Of a DNA stretch of 64,000 nt, positions 1 to 14,810 are shown piece by piece. Position numbers and translations under genes: made by a program. The stretch's first letter is position 1. Every line of letters begins with the position of its first letter. Under the pieces are notes generated by a model. It ran no database searches and was not told the DNA's origin. It worked only from the letters and a program-made list of their open reading frames with translations. The stretch spans positions 415,462,001 through 415,526,000 of the forward strand of contig OZ024740.1 in the NCBI GenBank assembly GCA_964016885.1, read 5' to 3'. The stretch is from Eledone cirrhosa (lineage: Eukaryota).

Positions 1-1899
1 AGTGAATCAGATATAGTGTAAGAGAGAACACTGTGGGTATGGACATATGTTGTGTATGGGGGATGACAGTGAATCAGATATAGTGTGTAAGAGAGAACAC
101 CGTGGGTATGGACATATGTTGTGTATGGGGGATGACAGTGAATCAGATATAGTGTGTAAGAGAGAACACTGTGGGTATTGACATATGTTGTGTATGGGGG
201 ATGACATTGAATCAGATATAGAGTGTAAGAGAGAACACTGTGGGTATGGACATATGTTGTGTATGGGGAAGACAGTGAATCAGATATAGTGTGTAAGAGA
301 GAACCCTCTGGGTATGGACATATGTTGTGTATGGGGATGACAGTGAATCAGATATGGAGTGTAAGAGAGAACACTGTGGGTATGGACATATGTTGTGTAT
401 GGGGGATGACAGTAAATCAGATATAGAGTGTAAGAGAGAACACTGTGGGTATGGACATATGTTGTGTATGGGGGATGACAGTGAATCAGATATAGAGTGT
501 AAGAGAGAACACTGTGGGTATGGACATATGTTGTGTATGGTGGTTGACAGTGAATCAGATATAGTGTGTAAGAGAGAACACAGTGGGTATGGACATATGT
601 TGTGTATGGGGGAAGACAGTGAATCAGATATAGAGTGTAAGAGAGAACACTGTGGGTATGGACATATGTTGTGTATGGGGGAAGACAGTGAATCAGATAT
701 AGTGTGTAAGAGACAACACTGTGGGTATGGACATATGTTGTGTATGGGGGATGACAGTGAATCAGATATAGTGTGTAAGAGAGAACACTGTGGGTATGGA
801 CATATGTTGTGTATGGGGGAAGACAGTGAATCAGATATAGTGTGTAAGAGACAACACTGTGGGTATGGACATATGTTGTGTATGGGGATGACAGTGAATC
901 AGATATAGTGTAAGAGAGAACCCTGTGTGTATGGACATATGTTGTGTATGGGGGATGACAGTGAATCAGATATAGAGTGTAAGGAGAACACTGTGGGTAT
1001 GGACATATGCTGTGTATGGGGGATGACATTGAATCAGATATAGAGTGTAAGAGAGAACACTGTGGGTATGGACATATGTTGTGTATGGGGATGACAGTGA
1101 ATCAGATATAGAGTGTAAGAGAGAACACTGTGGGTATGGACATATGTTGTGTATGGGGATGACAGTGAATCAGATATAGTGTAAGAGAGAACACTGTGGG
1201 TATTGACATATGTTGTGTATGGGGGATGACATTGAATCAGATATAGAGTGTAAGAGAGAACACTGTGGGTATGGACATATGTTGTGTATGGGGATGACAT
1301 AGAATCAGATATAGAGTGTAAGAGAGAACACTGTGGGTATGGACATATGTTGTGTATGGGGATGACAGTGAATCAGATATAGAGTGTAAGAGAGAACACT
1401 GTGGGTACGGACACATATTGTGTATGGGGGAAGACAGTGAATCAGATATAGTGTGTAAGAGAGAACACTGTGGGTATGGACATATGTTGTGTATGGGGGA
1501 TGACAGTAAATCAGATATAGTGTGTATGAGAGAAAACTGTGGGTATGGACATATGTTGTGTATGGTGGATGACAGTGAATCAGATATTGTGTGTAAGAGA
1601 GAACACTGTGTGTATGGACATATGTTGTGTATGGGGGATGACAGTGAATCAGATATATAATGTAATAGAGAACACTGTGGGTATGGACATATGTTGTGTA
1701 TGGGGGATGACAGTGAATCAGATATAGTATGTAAGAGAGAACACTGTGGGTATGGACATATGTTGTGTATGGGGGATGACAGTGAATCAGATATAGTGTG
1801 TAAGAGAGAACACTGTGGGTATGGACAATGTTGTGTATGGGGGATGACAGTGAATCAGATATAGTGTGTAAGAGAGAACACTGTGGGTATGGACATATG

Positions 1900-2590
1900 T
1901 TGTGTATGGGGATGACAGTGAATCAGATATAGAGTGTAAGAGAGAACAATGTGAATATGGAAATATGTTGGGTGTGGCGGATGACAGTGAATCAGATATA
2001 GTGTGTAAGAGAGAACACAGTGGATATGGACATATGTTGTGTATGGGGCATGACAGTAAATCAGATATAGAATGTAAGAGAGAACACTGTGGGTATGGAG
2101 ATATGTTGTGTATGGGGGATGACAGTGAATCAGTTATAGAGTGTAAGAGAGAACACTGTGGGTATGGACATATGTTGTTTATGGGTGATGACAGTAAATC
2201 AGATATAGTGTGTAAGAGAGAACACTGTGGGTATGGACATATGTTGTGTATGGGGATGACAGTGAATCAGATATAGAGGGTAAGAGAGAACACTGTGGAT
2301 ATGGACATATGTTGTGTGTGGCGGATGACAGTGAATCAGATATAGTGTGTAAGAGAGAACACTGTGGGTATGGACATATGTTGTGTATGGGGCATGACAG
2401 TAAATCAGATATAGAATGTAAGAGAGAACACTGTGGGTATGGAGATATGTTGTGTATGGCGGATGACAGTGAATCAGATATAGTGTGTAAGAGAGAACAC
2501 TGTGGGTATGGACATATGTTGTGTATGGGGGATGACAGTGAATCAGATATAGTGTGTAAGAGAGAACACTGTGGGTATGGACATATGTTG
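1900..2590. repeat. Tandem duplication of a 5-monomer block (344-bp period)
   Basis: Rare variants gtggcggatg, ggggcatgac, agaatgtaag and ggagatatg each recur 344 bp apart (about 1975/2319, 2049/2393, 2099/2443). Ends are approximate. Confidence 0.8.
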
Positions 2591-3960
2591 TGTATGGGGA
2601 TGACAGTGAATCAGATATAGAGTGTAAGAGAGAACACTGTGGGTATGGACATATGTTGTGTATGGGGGATGACAGTGAATCAGATATAGAGTGTAAGAGA
2701 GAACACTCTGGGTATGGACATATGTCGTGTATGGGGATGACAGTGAATCAGATATAGTGTAAGAGAGAACACTGTGGGTATGGACATATGTTGTGTATGG
2801 GGATGACAGTGAATCAGATATAGAGTGTAAGAGAGAACACTGTGGGTATGGACATATGTTGTGTATGGGGGAAGACAGTGAATCAGATATAGAGTGTAAG
2901 AGAGAACACTGTGGGTATGGACATATGTTGTGTATGGGGGAAGACAGTGAATCAGATATAGTATGTAAGAGAGAACACTGTGGGTATGGACATATGTCGT
3001 GTATGGGGGAAGACTGTGAATCAGATATAGAGTGTAAGAGAGAACACTGTGGGTATGGACATATGTTGTGTATGGGGGATGACAGTGAATAACATATAGT
3101 GTGTAAGAGGGAACACTGTGGGTATGGACATATGTTGTGTATGGGGGATGACAGTGAATCAGATATAGCGTGTAAGAGAGAACACTGTGGGTATGGACAT
3201 ATGTTGTGTATGTGGGATGACAGTGAATCAGATATAGTGTGTAAGAGAGAACACTGTGGGTATGGACATATGTTGTGTATGGGGGAAGACAGTGAATCAG
3301 ATATAGAGTGTAAGAGAGAACACTGTGGGTATGGACATATGTTGTGTATGGGGGATGACAGTGAATCAGATATAGAGTATAAGAGAGAACACTGTTGGTA
3401 TGGACATATGTTGTGTATGGGGGATGACAGTGAATCAGATACAGTGTGTAAGAGAGAACACTGTGGGTATGGACATATGTTGTGTATGGGGGATGACAGT
3501 GAATCAGATATAGTGTGTAAGAGAGAACACTGTGGGTATGGACATATGTTGTGTATGGGGGATGACAGTGAATAAGATATAGTGTGTAAGAGAGAACACT
3601 GTGGGTATGGACATATGTTGTGTATTGGGGATGACAGTAAATCAGATATAGAGTGTAAGAGAGAACACTGTGTGTATGGACATATGTTGTGTATGGGAGA
3701 TGACAGTAAATCAGATATAGTGTGTAAGAGAGAACACTGTGGGTATGGACATATGTTGTGTATGGGGGATGACAGTGAAAAAGATAGAGTGTGTAAGAGA
3801 TAACACTGTGGGTATGGACATATGTTGTGTATCGGGGATGACAGTGAATCAGATATAGTGTGTAAGAGAGAACACTCTGGGTATGGACATATGTTGTGTA
3901 TGGGGGATGACAGTGAATCAGATATAGTGTGTAAGAATGAACACTGTGGGTATGGATATA

Positions 3961-4060
3961 ATTAATAATAATAATGAAATTATTGTGTACAGTGCTCAGG
4001 TGCACTACAACTCATCAAAGGTGCATGTATAGTACATAGAATAATGTACAAATGTATAAA
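3961..4060 (-). mobile_element. 100-bp insertion, copy 1; probable 5'-truncated non-LTR retroelement (LINE/SINE) 3' end
   Basis: Non-satellite sequence splits a monomer at tatggatata^tgttgtg (1-bp boundary ambiguity). The minus strand ends ...gtagtgcacctgagcactgtacacaataatttcattattattattaat, a stem-loop followed by an (ATT)n tail. The insertion is certain; the retroelement identity is inference. Confidence 0.6.
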
Positions 4061-6959
4061 TGTTGTGTATGGGGGATGACAGTGAATCAGATATAGTATG
4101 TAAGAGAGAACACTGTGGGTATGGACATATGTTGTGTATGGGGTAAGACACTGAATCAGATATAGTGTGTAAGAGAGAACACTGTGGGTATGGACATATG
4201 TTGTGTATGGGGGATGACAGTGAATCAGATATAGTGTGTAAGAGAGAACACTGTGGGTATGGACATATGTTGTGTATGGGGGATGACAGTGAATCAGATA
4301 TAGTGTGTAAGAGACAACACTGTGGGTATGGACATATGTTGTGTATGGGGGATGACAGTAAATCAGATATAGAGTGTGAGAGAGAACACTGTGGGTATGG
4401 ACATATGTTGTGTATGGGGGATGACAGTGATTAAGATATAGTGTGTAAGAGAGAACACTGTGGGTATGGACATATGTTGTGTATGGGGGATGACAGTGAA
4501 TCAGATATAGTGTGTAAGAGAGAACACTGTGGGTATGGACATATGTTGTGTATGGGGGATGACAGTGAATCAGATATAGTATGTAAGAGAGAACACTGTG
4601 GGTATGGACACATGTTGTGTATGGGGGATGACAGTGAATCAGATATAGTGTGTAAGAGAGAACACTGTGGGTATGGACATATGTTGTGTATGGGGGATGA
4701 CAGTGAATCAGATATAGCGTGTAAGAGAGAACACTGTGGGTATGGACATATGTTGTGTATGGGGGATGACAGTGAATCAGATATAGTGTGTAAGAGAGAA
4801 CACTTTGGGTATGGACATATGTTGTGTATGGGGGAAGACAGTGAATCAGATATAGAGTGTAACAGAGAACACTGTGGGTATGGACATATGTTGTGTATGG
4901 GGGATGACAGTGAATCAGATATAGAGTGTAAGAGAGAACACTGTGGGTATGGACATATGTTGTGTATGGGGGATGACAGTGAATCATATATAGAGTGTAA
5001 GAGAGAACACTGTGGGTATGGACATATGTTGTGTATGGGGGATGACAGTAAATCAGATATAGAGTGTAAGAGAGAACACTGTGGGTATGGACATATGTTG
5101 TGTATGGGGGATGACAGTGAATCAGATATAGTGTGTAAGAGAGAACACTGTGGGTATGGACATATGTTGTGTATGGGGGATGACAGTGAATAAGATATAG
5201 TGTGTAAGAGAGAACACTGTGGGTATGGACATATGTTGTGTATTGGGGATGACAGTAAATCAGATGTAGAGTGTAAGAGAGAACACTGTGTGTATGGACA
5301 TATGTTGTGTATGGGAGATGACAGTAAATCAGATATAGTGTGTAAGAGAGAACATATGTTGTGTATGGGGGATGACAGTGAATCAGATATAGTGTGTAAG
5401 AGAGAACACTCTGGGTATGGACATATGTTGTGTATGGGGGATGACAGTTAATCAGATATAGTGTGTAAGAGAGAACACTGTGGGTATGGACATATGTTGT
5501 GTATGGGGGATGACAGTGAATCAGATATAGTGTGTAAGAGAGAACACTGTGGGTATGGACATATGTTGTGTATGGGGGATGACAGGGAATCAGATATAGT
5601 GTGTAAGAGAGAACACTGTGGGTATGGACATATGTTGTGTATGGGGGATGACAGAGAATCAGATATAGTGTGTAAGAGAGAACACTGTGGGTATGGACAT
5701 ATGTTGTGTATGGGGGATGACAGTGAATCAGATATAGAGTGTAAGAGAGAACACTGTGGGTATGGACATATGTTGTGTATGGGAGATGACAGCAAATAAG
5801 TTATAGTGTGTAAGAGACAACACTGTGGGTATGGACATATGTTGTGTATGGTGGTTGACAGTGAATCAGATATAGTGTGTAAGAGAGAACACTGTGGCTA
5901 TGGACATATGTTGTGTAAGGTGGTTGACAGTGAATCAGATATAGTGTGTAAGAGAGAACACTGTGGGTATGGACATATGTTGTGTATGGGGGATGACAGT
6001 CAATCAGATATAGAGTCTAAGAGAGAACACTGTGGGTATGGACATATGTTGTGTATGGGGGATGACAGTGAATCAGATATAGTGTGTAAGAGAGAACATA
6101 TGTTGTGTATGGGGGATGACAGTGAATCAGATATAGTGTGTAAGAGAGAACACTGTGGGTATGGACATATGTTGTGTATGGTGGTTGACAGTGAATCAGA
6201 TATAGTGTGTAAGAGAGAACACTGTGGGTATGGACATATGTTGTGTATGGGAGATGACAGTGACTCAGATATAGTGTGTAAGAGAGAACACTGTGGGTAT
6301 GGACATATGTTGTGTATGGGGGAAGACAGTGAATCAGATATAGTGTGTAAGAGAGAACACTGTGGGTATGGACATATGTTGTGTATGGTGGATGACAGTG
6401 AATCAGATATAGTGTGTAAGAGAGAACACTGTGGGTATGGACATATGTTGTGTATGGGGGATGACAGTGAATCAGATATAGTGTGTAAGAGAGAACACTG
6501 TGGGTATGGACATATGTTGTGTATGGGGGATGACAGTGAATCAGATATAGTGTGTAAGAGAGAACACTGTGGGTATGGACATATGTTGTGTATGGGGGAT
6601 GACAGTGAATCAGATATAGTGTGTAAGAGAGAACACTGTGGGTATGGACATATGTTGTGTATGGGGGATGACAGTGAATCAGATATAGTGTGTAAGAGAG
6701 AACACTCTGGGCATGGACATATGTTGTGTATTGGGGATGACAGTAAATCAGATATAGAGTGTAAGAGAGAACACTGTGGGTATGGACATATGTTGTGTAT
6801 GGGGGATGACAGTGAATCAGATATAGTGTGTAAGAGAGAACACTCTGGGTATGGACATATGTTGTGTATGGGGGATGACAGTTAATCAGATATAGTGTGT
6901 AAGAGAGAACACTGTGGGTATGGACATATGTTGTGTATGGGGGATGACAGTGAATGAGA

Positions 6960-9900
6960 TATAGTGTGTAAGAGAGAACACTGTGGGTATGGACATATGT
7001 TGTGTATGGTGGAAGAGAGTGAATGAGATATAGTGTGTAAGAGAGAACACTGTGGGTATGGACATATGTTGTGTATGGGGGATGACAGTGAATCAGATAT
7101 AGTGTGTAAGAGAGAACACTGTGGGTATGGACATATGTTGTGTATGGGGGATGACAGTGAATAAGATATAGTGTGTAAGAGAGAACACTGTGGGTATGGA
7201 CATATGTTGTGTATGGGGGATGACAGTGAATCAGATATAGTGTGTAAGAGAGAACACTGTGGGTATGGACATATGTTGTGTATGGGGGATGACAGTGAAT
7301 CAGATATAGTGTGTAAGAGAGAACACTGTGGGTATGGACATATGTTGTGTATGGGGGATGACAGTGAATCAGATATAGCGTGTAAGAGAGAACACTGTGG
7401 GTATGGACATATGTTGTGTATGGGGGATGACAGTGAATCAGATATAGTGTGTAAGAGAGAACACTGTGGGTATGGACATATGTTGTGTATGGGGGAAGAC
7501 AGTGAATCAGATATAGAGTGTAATAGAGAACACTGTGGGTATGGACATATGTTATGTACGGGGGATGACAGTGAATCAGATATAGAGTGTAAGAGAGAAC
7601 ACTGTGGGTATGGACATATGTTGTGTATGGGGGATGACAGTGAATCATATATAGAGTGTAAGAGAGAACACTGTGGGTATGGACATATGTTGTGTATGGG
7701 GGATGACAGTAAATCAGATATAGAGTGTAAGAGAGAACACTGTGCGTATGGACATATGTTGTGTATGGGGGATGACAGTGAATCAGATATTGTGTGTAAG
7801 AGAGAACACTGTGGGTATGGACATATGTTGTGTATGGGGGATGACAGTGAATCAGATGTAGTGTGTAAGAGAGAACACTGTGGGTATGGACATATGTTTT
7901 GTATGGGGGATGACAGTGAATAAGATATAGTGTGTAAGAGAGAACACTCTGGGTACGGACATATGTTTTGTATTGGGGATGACAGTAAATCAGATATAGA
8001 GTGTAAGAGAGAACACTGTGGGTATGGACATATGTTGTGTATGGGGGATGACAGTGAATCAGATATAGTTTGTAAGAGAGAACACTCTGGGTATGGACAT
8101 ATGTTGTGTATGGGGGATGACAGTTAATCAGATATAGTGTGTAAGAGAGAACACTGTGGGTATGGACATATGTTGTGTATGGGGGATGACAGTGAATCAG
8201 ATATAGTGTGTAAGAGAGAACACTGTGGGTATGGACATATGTTGTGTATGGGGGATGACAGGGAATCAGATATAGTGTGTAAGAGAGAACACTGTGGGTA
8301 TGGACATATGTTGTGTATGGGGGATGACAGAGAATCAGATATAGTGTGTAAGAGAGAACACTGTGGGTATGGACATATGTTGTGTATGGGGGATGACAGT
8401 AAATAAGTTATAGTGTGTAAGAGACAACACTGTGGGTATGGACATATGTTGTGTATGGTGGTTGACAGTGAATCAGATATAGTGTGTAAGAGAGAACACT
8501 GTGGCTATGGACATATGTTGTGTAAGGTGGTTGACAGTGAATCAGATATAGTGTGTAAGAGAGAACACTGTGGGTATGGACATATGTTGTGTATGGGGTA
8601 TGACAGTCAATCAGATATAGAGTGTAAGAGAGAACACTGTGGGTATGGACATATGTTGTGTATGGGGGATGACAGTGAATCAGATATAGTGTGTAAGATA
8701 GAACACTGTGGGTATGGACATATGTTGTGTATGGGGGATGACAGTGAATCAGATATAGTGTGTAAGAGAGAACACTGTGGGTATGGACATATGTTGTGTA
8801 TGGGGGATGACAGTGAATCAGATATAGTGTGTAAGAGAGAACATATGTTGTGTATGGGGGATGACAGTGAATCAGATATAGTGTGTAAGAGAGAACACTG
8901 TGGGTATGGACATATGTTGTGTATGGGGGATGACAGTGAATCAGATATAGTGTGTAAGAGAGAACACTGTGGGTATGGACATATGTTGTGTATGGGGGAT
9001 GACAGTGAATCAGATATAGTGTGTAAGAGAGAACACTGTGGGTATGGACATATGTTGTGTATGGGGGATGACAGTGAATCAGATATAGTGTGTAAGAGAG
9101 AACACTGTGGGTATGGACATATGTTGTGTATGGGGGATGACAGTGAATCAGATATAGTGTGTAAGAGAGAACACTGTGGGTATGGACATATGTTGTGTAT
9201 GGGGGATGACAGTGAATCAGATATAGTGTGTAAGAGAGAACACTCTGGGTATGGACATATGTTGTGTATGGGGGATGACAGTGAATCAGATATAGTGTGT
9301 AAGAGAGAACACTGTGGGTATGGACATATGTTGTGTATGGGGGATGACAGTGAATCAAATATAGTGTGTAAGAGAGAACACTGTGGGTATGGACATATGT
9401 TGTGTATGGGGGATGACAGTGAATCAGATATAGTGTGTAAGAGAGAACACTGTGGGTATGGACATATGTTGTGTATGGGGGAAGAGAGTGAATCAGATAT
9501 AGTGTGTAAGAGAGAACACTGTGGGTATGGACATATGTTGTGTATGGGGGATGACAGTGAATCAGATATAGTGTGTAAGAGAGAACACTGTGGGTATGGA
9601 CATATGTTGTGTATGGGGGATGACAGTGAATAAGATATAGTGTGTAAGAGAGAACACTGTGGGTATGGACATATGTTGTGTATGGGGGATGACAGTGAAT
9701 CAGATATAGTGTGTAAGAGAGAACACTGTGGGTATGGACATATGTTGTGTATGGGGGATGACAGTGAATCAGATATAGTGTGTAAGAGAGAACACTGTGG
9801 GTATGGACATATGTTGTGTATGGGGGATGACAGTGAATCAGATATAGCGTGTAAGAGAGAACACTGTGGGTATGGACATATGTTGTGTATGGGGGATGAC

Positions 9901-12900
9901 AGTGAATCAGATATAGTGTGTAAGAGAGAACACTGTGGGTATGGACATATGTTGTGTATGGGGGAAGACAGTGAATCAGATATAGAGTGTAAGAGAGAAC
10001 ACTGTGGGTATGGACATATGTTGTGTACGGGGGATGACAGTGAATCAGATATAGAGTGTAAGAGAGAACACTGTGGGTATGGACATATGTTGTGTATGGG
10101 GGATGACAGTGAATCATATATAGAGTGTAAGAGAGAACACTGTGGGTATGGACATATGTTGTGTATGGGGGATGACAGTAAATCAGATATAGAGTGTAAG
10201 AGAGAACACTGTGGGTATGGACATATGTTGTGTATGGGGGATGACAGTGAATCAGATATTGTGTGTAAGACAGAACACTGTGGGTATGGACATATGTTGT
10301 GTATGGGGGATGACAGTGAATCAGATGTAGTGTGTAAGAGAGAACACTGTGGGTATGGACATATGTTTTGTATGGGGGATGACAGTGAATAAGATATAGT
10401 GTGTAAGAGAGAACACTCTGGGTACGGACATATGTTTTGTATTGGGGATGACAGTAATTCAGATATAGAGTGTAAGAGAGAACACTGTGGGTATGGACAT
10501 ATGTTGTGTATGGGGGATGACAGTGAATCAGATATAGTGTGTAAGAGAGAACACTGTGGGTATGGACATATGTTGTGTATGGGGGATGACAGTGAATCAG
10601 ATATAGTGTGTAAGAGAGAACACTGTGGGTATGGACATATGTTGTGTATGGGGGATGACAGTGAATCAGATATAGTGTGTAAGAGAGAACACTGTGGGTA
10701 TGGACATATGTTGTGTATGGGGGATGACAGTGAATCAGATATAGTGTGTAAGAGAGAACACTCTGAGCATGGACATATGTTGTGTATTGGGGATGACAGC
10801 AAATCAGATATAGAGTGTAAGAGAGAACACTGTGGGTATGGACATATGTTGTGTATGGGGGATGACAGTGAATCAGATATAGTGTGTAAGAGAGAACACT
10901 GTGGGTATGGACATATGTTGTGTATGGTGGAAGAGAGTGAATGAGATATAGTGTGTAAGAGAGAACACTGTGGGTATGGACATATGTTGTGTATGGGGGA
11001 TGACAGTGAATCAGATATAGTGTGTAAGAGAGAACACTGTGGGTATGGACATATGTTGTGTATGGGGGATGACAGTGAATAAGATATAGTGTGTAAGAGA
11101 GAACACTGTGGGTATGGACATATGTTGTGTATGGGGGATGACAGTGAATCAGATATAGTGTGTAAGAGAGAACACTGTGGGTATGGACATATGTTGTGTA
11201 TGGGGGATGACAGTGAATCAGATATAGTGTGTAAGAGAGAACACTGTGGGTATGGACATATGTTGTGTATGGGGGATGACAGTGAATCAGATATAGCGTG
11301 TAAGAGAGAACACTGTGGGTATGGACATATGTTGTGTATGGGGGATGACAGTGAATCAGATATAGTGTGTAAGAGAGAACACTGTGGGTATGGACATATG
11401 TTGTGTATGGGGGAAGACAGTGAATCAGATATAGAGTGTAATAGAGAACACTGTGGATATGGACATATGTTATGTACGGGGGATGACAGTGAATCAGATA
11501 TAGAGTGTAAGAGAGAACACTGTGGGTATGGACATATGTTGTGTATGGGGGATGACAGTGAATCATATATAGAGTGTAAGAGAGAACACTGTGGGTATGG
11601 ACATATGTTGTGTATGGGGGATGACAGTAAATCAGATATAGAGTGTAAGAGAGAACACTGTGCGTATGGACATATGTTGTGTATGGGGGATGACAGTGAA
11701 TCAGATATTGTGTGTAAGAGAGAACACTGTGGGTATGGACATATGTTGTGTATGGGGGATGACAGTGAATCAGATGTAGTGTGTAAGAGAGAACACTGTG
11801 GGTATGGACATATGTTTTGTATGGGGGATGACAGTGAATAAGATATAGTGTGTAAGAGAGAACACTCTGGGTACGGACATATGTTTTGTATTGGGGATGA
11901 CAGTAAATCAGATATAGAGTGTAAGAGAGAACACTGTGGGTATGGACATATGTTGTGTATGGGGGATGACAGTGAATCAGATATAGTTTGTAAGAGAGAA
12001 CACTCTGGGTATGGACATATGTTGTGTATGGGGGATGACAGTTAATCAGATATAGTGTGTAAGAGAGAACACTGTGGGTATGGACATATGTTGTGTATGG
12101 GGGATGACAGTGAATCAGATATAGTGTGTAAGAGAGAACACTGTGGGTATGGACATATGTTGTGTATGGGGGATGACAGGGAATCAGATATAGTGTGTAA
12201 GAGAGAACACTGTGGGTATGGACATATGTTGTGTATGGGGGATGACAGAGAATCAGATATAGTGTGTAAGAGAGAACACTGTGGGTATGGACATATGTTG
12301 TGTATGGGGGATGACAGTAAATAAGTTATAGTGTGTAAGAGACAACACTGTGGGTATGGACATATGTTGTGTATGGTGGTTGACAGTGAATCAGATATAG
12401 TGTGTAAGAGAGAACACTGTGGCTATGGACATATGTTGTGTAAGGTGGTTGACAGTGAATCAGATATAGTGTGTAAGAGAGAACACTGTGGGTATGGACA
12501 TATGTTGTGTATGGGGTATGACAGTCAATCAGATATAGAGTGTAAGAGAGAACACTGTGGGTATGGACATATGTTGTGTATGGGGGATGACAGTGAATCA
12601 GATATAGTGTGTAAGATAGAACACTGTGGGTATGGACATATGTTGTGTATGGGGGATGACAGTGAATCAGATATAGTGTGTAAGAGAGAACACTGTGGGT
12701 ATGGACATATGTTGTGTATGGGGGATGACAGTGAATCAGATATAGTGTGTAAGAGAGAACATATGTTGTGTATGGGGGATGACAGTGAATCAGATATAGT
12801 GTGTAAGAGAGAACACTGTGGGTATGGACATATGTTGTGTATGGGGGATGACAGTGAATCAGATATAGTGTGTAAGAGAGAACACTGTGGGTATGGACAT

Positions 12901-14810
12901 ATGTTGTGTATGGGGGATGACAGTGAATCAGATATAGTGTGTAAGAGAGAACACTGTGGGTATGGACATATGTTGTGTATGGGGGATGACAGTGAATCAG
13001 ATATAGTGTGTAAGAGAGAACACTGTGGGTATGGACATATGTTGTGTATGGGGGATGACAGTGAATCAGATATAGTGTGTAAGAGAGAACACTGTGGGTA
13101 TGGACATATGTTGTGTATGGGGGATGACAGTGAATCAGATATAGTGTGTAAGAGAGAACACTCTGGGTATGGACATATGTTGTGTATGGGGGATGACAGT
13201 GAATCAGATATAGTGTGTAAGAGAGAACACTGTGGGTATGGACATATGTTGTGTATGGGGGATGACAGTGAATCAAATATAGTGTGTAAGAGAGAACACT
13301 GTGGGTATGGACAAATGTTGTGTATGGGGGATGACAGTGAATCAGATATAGTGTGTAAGAGAGAACACTGTGGGTATGGACATATGTTGTGTATGGGGGA
13401 AGAGAGTGAATCAGATATAGTGTGTAAGAGAGAACACTGTGGGTATGAACATATGTTGTGTATGGGGGATGACAGTGAATCAGATATAGTGTGTAAGAGA
13501 GAACACTGTGGGTATGGACATATGTTGTGTATGGGGGATGACAGTGAATAAGATATAGTGTGTAAGAGAGAACACTGTGGGTATGGACATATGTTGTGTA
13601 TGGGGGATGACAGTGAATCAGATATAGTGTGTAAGAGAGAACACTGTGGGTATGGACATATGTTGTGTATGGGGGATGACAGTGAATAAGATATAGTGTG
13701 TAAGAGAGAACACTGTGGGTATGGACATATGTTGTGTATGGGGGATGACAGTGAATCAGATATAGCGTGTAAGAGAGAACACTGTGGGTATGGACATATG
13801 TTGTGTATGGGGGATGACAGTGAATCAGATATAGTGTGTAAGAGAGAACACTGTGGGTATGGACATATGTTGTGTATGGGGGAAGACAGTGAATCAGATA
13901 TAGAGTGTAAGAGAGAACACTGTGGGTATGGACATATGTTGTGTACGGGGGATGACAGTGAATCAGATATAGAGTGTAAGAGAGAACACTGTGGGTATGG
14001 ACATATGTTGTGTATGGGGGATGACAGTGAATCATATATAGAGTGTAAGAGAGAACACTGTGGGTATGGACATATGTTGTGTATGGGGGATGACAGTAAA
14101 TCAGATATAGAGTGTAAGAGAGAACACTGTGGGTATGGACATATGTTGTGTATGGGGGATGACAGTGAATCAGATATTGTGTGTAAGACAGAACACTGTG
14201 GGTATGGACATATGTTGTGTATGGGGGATGACAGTGAATCAGATGTAGTGTGTAAGAGAGAACACTGTGGGTATGGACATATGTTTTGTATGGGGGATGA
14301 CAGTGAATAAGATATAGTGTGTAAGAGAGAACACTCTGGGTACGGACATATGTTTTGTATTGGGGATGACAGTAATTCAGATATAGAGTGTAAGAGAGAA
14401 CACTGTGGGTATGGACATATGTTGTGTATGGGGGATGACAGTGAATCAGATATAGTGTGTAAGAGAGAACACTGTGGGTATGGACATATGTTGTGTATGG
14501 GGGATGACAGTGAATCAGATATAGTGTGTAAGAGAGAACACTGTGGGTATGGACATATGTTGTGTATGGGGGATGACAGTGAATCAGATATAGTGTGTAA
14601 GAGAGAACACTGTGGGTATGGACATATGTTGTGTATGGGGGATGACAGTGAATCAGATATAGTGTGTAAGAGAGAACACTCTGGGCATGGACATATGTTG
14701 TGTATTGGGGATGACAGCAAATCAGATATAGAGTGTAAGAGAGAACACTGTGGGTATGGACATATGTTGTGTATGGGGGATGACAGTGAATCAGATATAG
14801 TGTGTAAGAG
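6960..14810. repeat. Higher-order tandem duplication, 3918-bp period (57 monomers, one with the 15-bp deletion)
   Basis: The variant order repeats at offset 3918: ORF starts 7171/11089, 7930/11848, 8413/12331, 10399/14317. Ends are approximate. Confidence 0.85.

Noticed and set aside
30-36. CACTGTG, the reverse complement of the V(D)J RSS heptamer CACAGTG, in nearly every monomer
   Set aside because: There is no ACAAAAACC-like nonamer at 12- or 23-bp spacing (cactatatc and attcactgt are found there) and no V, D or J segments.
3961-4060. The insert as a MITE or Helitron
   Set aside because: It has no terminal inverted repeats and no 5'-TC or 3'-CTRR ends on either strand.
6261-6267. Transcription-factor motifs: AP-1 TGACTCA variant, E-box CATATG, TGACAG
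   Set aside because: These are 6-7-bp matches expected by chance, and function cannot be supported from sequence alone.
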